From positions 128,828 to 152,827 of the forward strand of contig JBBSXO010000003.1 of the NCBI GenBank assembly GCA_038045705.1: a stretch of DNA of 24,000 nucleotides. Reading direction: 5' to 3'. The notes under the pieces were generated by a model. The model ran no database searches. It saw nothing but the letters and a program-made list of their open reading frames with translations, and was not told the origin of the DNA. This stretch comes from Nanobdellota archaeon. Its GTDB lineage: Archaea > Nanobdellota > Nanobdellia > Pacearchaeales > GW2011-AR1. How positions within the stretch are numbered: the first letter of the stretch is position 1; each line of letters starts with the position of its first letter. A program made the translations under genes and the position numbers. Positions 7,336-13,983 of the stretch are shown piece after piece.

Positions 7336-7668
7336 TCACTCAGAAGAAAGTTCAATTATTGTTTGAGCTATATCCCCCTCATTCCTTTCAAGAGCACTCT
7401 TTGATCCATCATAATCTTTTCCAGTTTTTTCCATAATTAAACGAATATCTTCTTCGGAAATACCTATCTCCTCTTCATTAGCCTCTCCAGATATTTGCCA
7501 TGTTTGTTGACCTTGCATAGTTACTTTAACAACAGAAGGATTTTCAATCACAATCTTAGATCCATCATTTTTCTCAATAACAACACGAGAAGCATCAACT
7601 TCATCTTGTTTAATACCCATCTGCTTCATCATAGCTTGCATCTTCTTAGGGTCAATTCCGCCAAACAT
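7336..7668 (-). CDS. nac: nascent polypeptide-associated complex protein (archaeal NAC: NAC domain plus C-terminal UBA)
   Basis: Reads MFGGIDPKKMQAMMKQMGIKQDEVDASRVVIEKNDGSKIVIENPSVVKVTMQGQQTWQISG, followed by a UBA-like EEDIRLIMEKTGKDYDGSKSALERNEGDIAQTIIEL. This is the typical archaeal NAC layout and size (110 aa). Confidence 0.9.
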   Translation of the reverse strand: MFGGIDPKKMQAMMKQMGIKQDEVDASRVVIEKNDGSKIVIENPSVVKVTMQGQQTWQISGEANEEEIGISEEDIRLIMEKTGKDYDGSKSALERNEGDIAQTIIELSSE

Positions 7669-7689
7669 GTTCCAAAATCACAAACAAAC

Positions 7690-8292
7690 CTATTTATAGG
7701 TTTCTAAAAAATCAGCAAGAGCATTCCCAATCAATGTGGGGGGAAATGAAGGAGCATCAATTCCAAGAGTATTAACTTCTTTAGGAGAAAGAGGCACATG
7801 AACAAAAACAGTTTTAGAATTTAGATTTTTATCAGAAACTAATTTTAAACATCTAAAATAAGCATTATTACAGATATAAGTTCCAGCAAAAAAAGATAAA
7901 TCGCAAGGTATATCCAATTTCTTCAAATGGTTTACTAACATTTCACAATTAAATTTGGTTTTAATAGCGTCAGCTCCAGAGATTATTTTTTTATTAGTAA
8001 AAATCTTTCCCTTCTCATCACCCCTAGGTTCATGAATTACATTTAAAGCAATACTTTCAACAGTAATTTTGTTTCTTTTAGAAGCACCTAAACCTAATAT
8101 AAAATAAGGTTCAAATTCTAAAATCACTTTTTCTAAATTTCTCTCAAATCCATAATCAACTGAAAAGATCTCAAGTCTTATATTGATTCCATTTTTGCCT
8201 TTAAGAGAGTCATAAATAATTTTTCCAACTTCAGCAGATGGATTAGTATTCAGTTTATCAAATTTCTTGAAAGCATAAACTAAAATCTTCAT
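7690..8292 (-). CDS. pcp: pyrrolidone-carboxylate (pyroglutamyl) peptidase I, peptidase family C15
   Basis: Starts MKILVYAFKKFDKLNTNPSAEVG. The catalytic Cys context is FAGTYICNNAYF and the His context is VFVHVPL. The track start at 8304 is TTG; the ATG at 8292 is preferred. Confidence 0.8.
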   Translation of the reverse strand: MKILVYAFKKFDKLNTNPSAEVGKIIYDSLKGKNGINIRLEIFSVDYGFERNLEKVILEFEPYFILGLGASKRNKITVESIALNVIHEPRGDEKGKIFTNKKIISGADAIKTKFNCEMLVNHLKKLDIPCDLSFFAGTYICNNAYFRCLKLVSDKNLNSKTVFVHVPLSPKEVNTLGIDAPSFPPTLIGNALADFLETYK

Positions 8293-8336
8293 AAATTCCA
8301 ACAAAAAGTTATATTAATATAACTTCCTATTACCCT

Positions 8337-8549
8337 TCACTTCTTCATAGGTAAAATAACCTTAGTCCCACACTCTGAACAAAACTTAACATTATCTTGC
8401 AAAACTATTTGACATCCAGAACATCTAACAGGTTCAACCTTTCTTTCAATTACTGTCTTATAGCCTTTCTTTCCAGATAGTAAAAAACCAAAAGCCTCTG
8501 CAACAGCATCACTATTCATCTGATCACGCAAATCTCTTCCACTAGTCAT
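8337..8549 (-). CDS. small zinc-ribbon protein (70 aa)
   Basis: C-terminal CSGC-x11-CSEC (RCSGCQIVLQDNVKFCSECGTKV) is a CxxC...CxxC zinc ribbon. GGTGAT lies 6-11 nt upstream of the ATG and is SD-like. A TATA-like TTTAAA sits about 40 nt upstream. Confidence 0.6.
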   Translation of the reverse strand: MTSGRDLRDQMNSDAVAEAFGFLLSGKKGYKTVIERKVEPVRCSGCQIVLQDNVKFCSECGTKVILPMKK

Positions 8550-8677
8550 TATAAATCACCTGCACAACGAAAAAACAATTCATTATTTAAACTTTGTTCA
8601 AGAATTATACAAAGTTTATGCTTGACAACATCAGTTGGCATTGTTTAAACTTTATTCCAAATTATCATCGAGCTCAA

Positions 8678-8845
8678 TTAAACAATCGGCCAAAAGACTT
8701 TTAAAACAATTACAAAAGAAATAACTGCAACTAGAAAAGCAACAACTGCTCTTGGAGAGATCATAAACTTACTAGAATACTCAGAATCATAGCGCATTAT
8801 TCCACCAAATGCTCCAGGCATTTGTATTTGATTTTGTTGAGCCAT
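8678..8845 (-). CDS. preprotein translocase subunit Sec61-beta (archaeal SecG/Sec-beta), 55 aa
   Basis: Below the ORF-track size cutoff. The hand translation is MAQQNQIQMPGAFGGIMRYDSEYSSKFMISPRAVVAFLVAVISFVIVLKVFWPIV*. It shows the conserved Sec61-beta pattern G(A/G)G(L/I)MRY(F/D)xE...K(I/M)xP plus a single C-terminal TM helix. A TATA-like TTTTTATA lies about 30 nt upstream. Confidence 0.75.
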   Translation of the reverse strand: MAQQNQIQMPGAFGGIMRYDSEYSSKFMISPRAVVAFLVAVISFVIVLKVFWPIV

Positions 8846-8918
8846 AAAAAATAAAGCAAAAAACAGTATAAAAACCTTATTAAGATAGTTATTTAAACAA
8901 AATAAGGTAAATTACATC
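8846..8918. promoter_or_regulatory. divergent promoter region (Sec61-beta / small membrane protein) with two TATA-like boxes
   Basis: GTATAAAAACC is about 30 nt from the minus-strand ATG at 8845. GTTATTTAAACA is about 25-28 nt from the plus-strand ATG at 8919. Confidence 0.4.
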
Positions 8919-9101
8919 ATGACTAAAAATAAACCAAAAGATACAAATAGTTACAAGGGATGGTTAAACTCAGACAGTTTTCTTAAGAGGGCATTTGCAA
9001 TATCTGGATATAGTTTTATCCCAGTTTTAATATTCTATGGAATAATCATAATTTTATTTATTATTATATTTTTGATATTTTTAGCATTCAATATTAATTA
9101 G
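8919..9101 (+). CDS. small hydrophobic membrane protein (60 aa), unknown function
   Basis: Has an ATG start with a properly spaced TATA-like box. A polar N-terminus is followed by one or two TM segments (FAISGYSFIPVLIFYGIIIILFIIIFLIFLAF). In AT-rich DNA the hydrophobic low-complexity tail could be spurious. Confidence 0.45.
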   Translation: MTKNKPKDTNSYKGWLNSDSFLKRAFAISGYSFIPVLIFYGIIIILFIIIFLIFLAFNIN

Positions 9102-9706
9102 ATTTTCTTTATATTTTCAAGCAACTCATTCTTCTTTTTTCTTGAAGTATATTTCTTACCAAACCTAACAAGAGTAGGATTCACTTGAGACCAATATTTA
9201 GGAGGAAATAGTTTCTTCAGATCAGCTTCAACTTTATGAGGATTATTTGCCTTGCTCCAACCAAGTTTTCTCGCCAAGTAAAACACATGAGTATCAACAG
9301 CAAGCCCATATTTACCATGTTCAGACAAAAACACATTAGCGGTCTTTCTACCAACACCAGGCAACTCAATTAACTTATCCAAATCATGAGGAATTTTACC
9401 ATTATAATTTTTAATCAATTCATTAGAACAAGAAATAACATTTTTTGCTTTTCCCTTATTTAAGTTTAGTCTTCTAAAAATATACAAGACATCCTTATAT
9501 CTAGATTTAGAAAGTTTCTCAAGTGAATCATATGTATTAAACAAAGTCTGAGCAATAGGAATTGTAGTCTCATCCCTAGACTGTGCACTCATAATAGTAG
9601 CAATCAGGCATTTCCACTCACTACCCCATCCTTCAGCAGCAAGCCTCATGCTTCCGCCAAGTCTTTCTAGTTCACTTAATTGCCTTAAAGCACGTTTTAA
9701 ATCCAT
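9098..9706 (-). CDS. nth: endonuclease III-like HhH-GPD DNA glycosylase lacking the C-terminal 4Fe-4S cluster loop
   Basis: The HhH motif is LIELPGVGRKTANVFL, followed by the catalytic-Asp context AVDTHVFYLARKLGW, with an N-terminal WKCLIATIMSAQSRD block. The C-terminus (LVRFGKKYTSRKKKNELLENIKKI) has no cysteines. The track start at 9721 is GTG; the ATG at 9706 is preferred on promoter geometry. Confidence 0.8.
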   Translation of the reverse strand: MDLKRALRQLSELERLGGSMRLAAEGWGSEWKCLIATIMSAQSRDETTIPIAQTLFNTYDSLEKLSKSRYKDVLYIFRRLNLNKGKAKNVISCSNELIKNYNGKIPHDLDKLIELPGVGRKTANVFLSEHGKYGLAVDTHVFYLARKLGWSKANNPHKVEADLKKLFPPKYWSQVNPTLVRFGKKYTSRKKKNELLENIKKI

Positions 9707-9725
9707 AAGAATTGAAAGCACAAAA

Positions 9726-9737
9726 CCTTAAAATACG
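9726..9737. promoter_or_regulatory. single TATA-like box shared by the divergent nth-like and valS genes
   Basis: CCTTAAAATACG is centred at about 9731.5. That is about 25 nt from the minus-strand ATG at 9706 and about 25 nt from the plus-strand ATG at 9756. The spacer is only 49 nt. Confidence 0.45.
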
Positions 9738-9755
9738 TTTCTCCTTGCTCAATAT

Positions 9756-12128
9756 ATGGAACCAAAGCTATCAGAAATTAAGAATTGGTCAATAGAATTA
9801 GAAGATAAAATAACTACATTATGGAAAAATAAAGAATTATTTACATTTAATCCTGACACAAAAAAGAAGATCTACTCAATAGACACTCCTCCTCCATATG
9901 TTAATACTCCAATTCATATTGGTCATGCAACAACTTATACTTACATGGACTTTTTTGCAAGATACAAAAGAATGAAGGGTTTTGAAGTTCTTTTCCCCCT
10001 AGGACTAGATAGAAATGGTCTTCCAATAGAATTAGCGACAGAAAAGAAATTCAATGTATCTCCTTTCAAAATAGGCAGGGAACAATTTATAGAATATTGC
10101 AAAAAACTATTACAAGAAGCATCAGAAGAATCAATTCATTCTTTTGCAAAGCTTGGACACTCATATTCATCATATAAAAAAGGCAATAAACTAGGGGAAA
10201 TTTATTATACAGATTCTCCAGAATATAGAAAAATAACACAAGATACATTTATTGACCTGTTCCATAAAGGTCTGATCTATGAAGATGAGAGAATAAATAA
10301 TTGGGACATAAAACTTCAAACAACAGTAGCCGATTCAGAGATAGAATATAAAGAAATTCCGTCTAAATTTAATCATATAGAATGGAAAGTAGAAAAATCA
10401 AAAGAAAAAATAGTAGTTGCCACGACAAGACCAGAATTACTATGCACTTGTGCAATGGTTATCTATAATCCAGAAGATAAAAGATATAGCCATCTAAAAG
10501 GAAAAAAAGCAATAGTTCCTATATTTGGTCATGTTGTTCCAATACAAGAACATCCATTTGCTCAAATGGATAAAGGAACAGGATTAGTAATGATGTGTTC
10601 TACAGGAGATGTTACAGACATCCAATTCTTTAGAGAAATGAAAATAAAACCAAAAATAGCAATTACAAAAGAAGGAAGAATGAATGAACATGCTTCTCAA
10701 TTTAGCGGATTAAAAGTCAAGGAAGCAAGAGAAAAGACAATAGAAGAATTACAAAAACAAGACTTAATAGTAAAACAAGAAAACATCATTCATAGAACTC
10801 CGACTTCAGAAAGGTCAAGTGCAGAGATAGAATTCATACAAATGCCTGAGTATTATCTTAAGCAATTAGAAACATTACCGAAACTAAAAAAAGAAATTAA
10901 TAAGATAAAATTCTACCCTAAACAATCAAAAGAAATTTTAACTAAATGGATAGATTCTATTTCTATTGATTGGCCAATATCTAGAAGAAGGTTTTACGCT
11001 ACTCCTATTCCATTGTGGAGATCAGGCAACTTAATAGCTGTTCCTCCAAAAGGAAAATATTATGAGCCTACAAAAGAAAATGTTCCAAAAGATGCAACAG
11101 TATATGAAAAAGATAAAAAAATAGGTAATGTAAGCGATTTCAAAAACAAAATTTGGATCGGTGAAGAAAAGGTATTTGATACATGGTTTGATTCTTCAAT
11201 TTCAGAACTAAATATCATTCAATATCCTTCAGAATTTGCAAAGAAAGCATATCCAATTTCATTAAGACCACAAGGTAAAGAGATAGTTAGAACTTGGCTT
11301 TATTATTCTTTACTTAGGGGTTATTTGGAAACCAGTAAACTACCTTTTGAGAGTGTTTGGATACATCAACATATAGTAGATACCCAAGGAAGAAAAATGT
11401 CTAAATCTGTAGGAAATGTAATAGATCCTAAAGAAATACTAAAACTTCATGGATCTGAAAGTTTCAGGTTCTGGGCAGCACTAGAAGGAAACCTTGCAGA
11501 GCAGGATCTAAAATGTTCAATGGATAGAATAGGCGCAGAAACAAAAACAATAAACAAATTACTCAATTTAGCAAGATTTGTTACGCAATTCAAAAAACCG
11601 TCCAAAATAAATTTAACTAAAACAGATGATAATTTCATAAATTATATAGACGCAGAAACAATAAAGGTAGATGAAAATTATGAAGAATATGAATTTCATG
11701 CACCTGTTGAAAAATTAAGAAAGTTCCTTTGGGACACTTTTGCTTCACATTATGTGGAAATGATAAAGAACAGAGTTTATAATGAAAATTCTAATTTTAG
11801 TAAAGAAGAAAGCGATTCAGCAAAATACACTTTACACTATTTATTGGAAAGAATAATAACTCTATTATATCCAATAATTCCACAAGTAACTTCAGTTATA
11901 GGAAATGAATTAGGGTTAACATTGCATAAAATAGAATTTCCAAAAGTTATAAAGCAAAAAGAAAATTCTGAAAAAATAATAGAAGAAATAATGAAGTTCA
12001 ATAGTGAAGTTTGGAAACAAAAGAAAGAACAAAGTATTTCACTAAAAGAACCAATCTCAAATATCAAAATACCTTCAAACCTGAAGGACTTTGAAAAGGA
12101 TCTAATAGCATGTCATAATTTAAAATGA
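9756..12128 (+). CDS. valS: class Ia aminoacyl-tRNA synthetase, most likely valyl-tRNA synthetase (790 aa)
   Basis: HIGH motif context is IDTPPPYVNTPIHIGHA (9911..9928) and KMSKS is RKMSKSVGNVIDP (11394..11408). An editing-domain block TTRPELLCTCAMVIYNPEDKRY and DTWFDSS are also present. The 'TPPPY' pre-HIGH context and the size fit ValRS better than IleRS or LeuRS, but I could not confirm this by alignment. Confidence 0.75.
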   Translation: MEPKLSEIKNWSIELEDKITTLWKNKELFTFNPDTKKKIYSIDTPPPYVNTPIHIGHATTYTYMDFFARYKRMKGFEVLFPLGLDRNGLPIELATEKKFNVSPFKIGREQFIEYCKKLLQEASEESIHSFAKLGHSYSSYKKGNKLGEIYYTDSPEYRKITQDTFIDLFHKGLIYEDERINNWDIKLQTTVADSEIEYKEIPSKFNHIEWKVEKSKEKIVVATTRPELLCTCAMVIYNPEDKRYSHLKGKKAIVPIFGHVVPIQEHPFAQMDKGTGLVMMCSTGDVTDIQFFREMKIKPKIAITKEGRMNEHASQFSGLKVKEAREKTIEELQKQDLIVKQENIIHRTPTSERSSAEIEFIQMPEYYLKQLETLPKLKKEINKIKFYPKQSKEILTKWIDSISIDWPISRRRFYATPIPLWRSGNLIAVPPKGKYYEPTKENVPKDATVYEKDKKIGNVSDFKNKIWIGEEKVFDTWFDSSISELNIIQYPSEFAKKAYPISLRPQGKEIVRTWLYYSLLRGYLETSKLPFESVWIHQHIVDTQGRKMSKSVGNVIDPKEILKLHGSESFRFWAALEGNLAEQDLKCSMDRIGAETKTINKLLNLARFVTQFKKPSKINLTKTDDNFINYIDAETIKVDENYEEYEFHAPVEKLRKFLWDTFASHYVEMIKNRVYNENSNFSKEESDSAKYTLHYLLERIITLLYPIIPQVTSVIGNELGLTLHKIEFPKVIKQKENSEKIIEEIMKFNSEVWKQKKEQSISLKEPISNIKIPSNLKDFEKDLIACHNLK

Positions 12129-12175
12129 AAACAAAACATTTAAATATAACTTGATGTTATATTTTATTATACTCA

Positions 12176-12394
12176 ATGTATAACATGGAAACCGAATTAA
12201 AAACTTTGGCAAGAACAAGGAGAATAGGGGGATCTCTAGTTATAACAATACCTATGGAAATAGTAAAAGAAGAACAGCTAGAAGAAAATCAAGTAGTAGA
12301 AATTTCTGTAAAAAAATCAAGAAAAAGTTACTTTGGAGCACTCAAAGGAATAGGTCCTTTCACAAGAAAAGATAGAATGGAAGATAGATTTTAA
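12176..12394 (+). CDS. vapB: AbrB/SpoVT-fold antitoxin (VapB-type)
   Basis: RRIGGSLVITIPMEIVKEEQLEENQVVEISVKK is the typical swapped-hairpin AbrB/MazE-like motif. The 72-aa ORF has a stop (12392..12394) that overlaps the next ATG by 1 nt (TAATG). Confidence 0.75.
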   Translation: MYNMETELKTLARTRRIGGSLVITIPMEIVKEEQLEENQVVEISVKKSRKSYFGALKGIGPFTRKDRMEDRF

Positions 12395-12777
12395 TGAAAT
12401 ACTTTGTTGACTCCTCCGCGTGGATAGAATATTTTAATGGAAGTTCAGCAGGCGAAAAAGTAAATGACATTATGTTAAATGAGGAAAGCGAAATATTTAT
12501 CATTAACATTAATATAGGAGAAGTCGTTAGTTTTCTAAAAAGAGAAAGCAAAAACATTGAAACCGCTTATGAATCTATGATAAAAAGAGCAAAAATATTT
12601 GAGATAACTCCAAGGATTGCCAAAGAAGCTGGAATATTGCACGCGGAAAAAAGAATGAACAAATCAACTATTTCTTTGGCAGACACTTTAATCATTAGTG
12701 CTGCAAAATCAATAAATGCAAAAATAGTAGCTAAAGATCCTCATTTTAAAGATGTAAAAGAAGCAATTCTACTCTAA
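12394..12777 (+). CDS. vapC: PIN-domain ribonuclease toxin (VapC)
   Basis: MKYFVDSSAWIEYF carries the first conserved Asp. Later acidic residues occur in NIGEV, LADTLIISAA and KDPHF. The 127-aa size and translational coupling to an AbrB antitoxin also fit. Confidence 0.8.
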   Translation: MKYFVDSSAWIEYFNGSSAGEKVNDIMLNEESEIFIININIGEVVSFLKRESKNIETAYESMIKRAKIFEITPRIAKEAGILHAEKRMNKSTISLADTLIISAAKSINAKIVAKDPHFKDVKEAILL

Positions 12778-12870
12778 TCCACAACCTTTAAAATTATCTC
12801 AAAAGTTATAATTTTAAACCTGTTAATCTCAATTAACAATGTTTAAAACACAATTTTAACACTTAATAAC

Positions 12871-13965
12871 ATGAACGACAAACAAAAACTCCAATTAGAA
12901 GAACAAATTGAAGAATTAGAATCTGTAAGAGGAAGACATACAGAATTAGTTACAGTATTAATTCCTGTTGATTTTAATATTCATAGTGTAACAAAACAAC
13001 TAGAAGCAGAGCGTTCAACAGCAGATAACATTAAATCAAAAGCAACTCGTTCAGCTGTTACCGACGCTATTGATATGATTGTACGTTTCCTTAAAGGTAC
13101 AAAACAAACTCCTCCAAATGGTTTAGCTTTGTATGCAGGAAATGTTTCACAAAAAGAAGGAGTTCAAGACATGAAATTATGGTCTATTGAACCTCCTAAG
13201 CCATTAAAAGTTAGAATGTACCGCTGTGATCAAGTATTTGTAACAGAACCATTAAGAAACATGTTACAAACAGATGAAGTCTATGGTCTTATTGTAATAG
13301 ATAGGCAAGAAGCAACATTGGGATTATTAGAAGGAAAGCAGATTAAAGTTTTAAGACATCTAACTTCAGGAGTTCCAAGCAAAGTAAGAGCAGGTGGACA
13401 GAGCGCACAAAGGTTTCACAGAATTACAGAAGGTCTGGCTAAGGAATTCTTTAGACGTACAGCTGAAGCAGCAAAAGAATTGTTTTTTGAGTTACCAAGA
13501 TTAAAAGGATTACTTGTTGGAGGACCAATACCTACCAAGGAAGAATTTTTAGAAGATGGGAATTTAGTTACAAAGTTGAAAGAAAAAGTAATTGCCGTAA
13601 AAGATATAGGTTACGTCGATGAACATGGATTAAAATTATTAGTGGAAGCATCTCAAGAAGACATAGCCGAACAAGAAATAATAAAAGAAAAGAAAATAAT
13701 AGAAGAATTTTTCATGACATTAGGGAAATATCCTGAAAAAACAACTTATGGAGAAGAAAAAACAAAAGTTGCATTCGAGAGAGGAGCAGTCTACAAGTTG
13801 ATTTTATCAAATAAATTAGAGAAAAGTAAAATAGCAGAGTTTGAAAAATTAGCTTTAAACATAGGATCTGAAGTAAGTCTAGTTTCAGATGAAACTCCTG
13901 AAGGAGAACAATTTTTTAATATTACAAAAGGAATTGGAGCTATTTTAAGATTTCAAATAGAATAA
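12871..13965 (+). CDS. prf1: peptide chain release factor aRF1 (short form, 364 aa)
   Basis: The NIKS stop-codon recognition motif is at 13027..13038 (ADNIKSKATR). The GGQ peptidyl-hydrolysis motif is at 13393..13401 (RAGGQSAQRFHR). The C-terminal GIGAILRF is typical. Confidence 0.9.
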   Translation: MNDKQKLQLEEQIEELESVRGRHTELVTVLIPVDFNIHSVTKQLEAERSTADNIKSKATRSAVTDAIDMIVRFLKGTKQTPPNGLALYAGNVSQKEGVQDMKLWSIEPPKPLKVRMYRCDQVFVTEPLRNMLQTDEVYGLIVIDRQEATLGLLEGKQIKVLRHLTSGVPSKVRAGGQSAQRFHRITEGLAKEFFRRTAEAAKELFFELPRLKGLLVGGPIPTKEEFLEDGNLVTKLKEKVIAVKDIGYVDEHGLKLLVEASQEDIAEQEIIKEKKIIEEFFMTLGKYPEKTTYGEEKTKVAFERGAVYKLILSNKLEKSKIAEFEKLALNIGSEVSLVSDETPEGEQFFNITKGIGAILRFQIE

Positions 13966-13983
13966 TCTAAAAGATAAAAACCT

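Noticed and set aside
8551-8641. 30-codon micro-ORF (MPTDVVKHKLCIILEQSLNNELFFRCAGDL) ending in TAATG overlap with the Zn-ribbon gene
   Set aside because: Its ATG (8641..8639) lies only about 5 nt from the centre of the distal TATA-like box. That places it upstream of the transcript start that box would specify. There is no recognisable motif, so it is probably chance.
3758-12557. Other short track ORFs overlapping assigned genes (3758..3976, 4338..4568, 5433..5789, 7495..7707, 11447..11638, 11837..12067, 12360..12557)
   Set aside because: Each is antisense to a confidently identified gene (ATPase, metG, NAC/pcp, valS, vapBC), and each has a hydrophobic low-complexity translation typical of AT-rich antisense frames.
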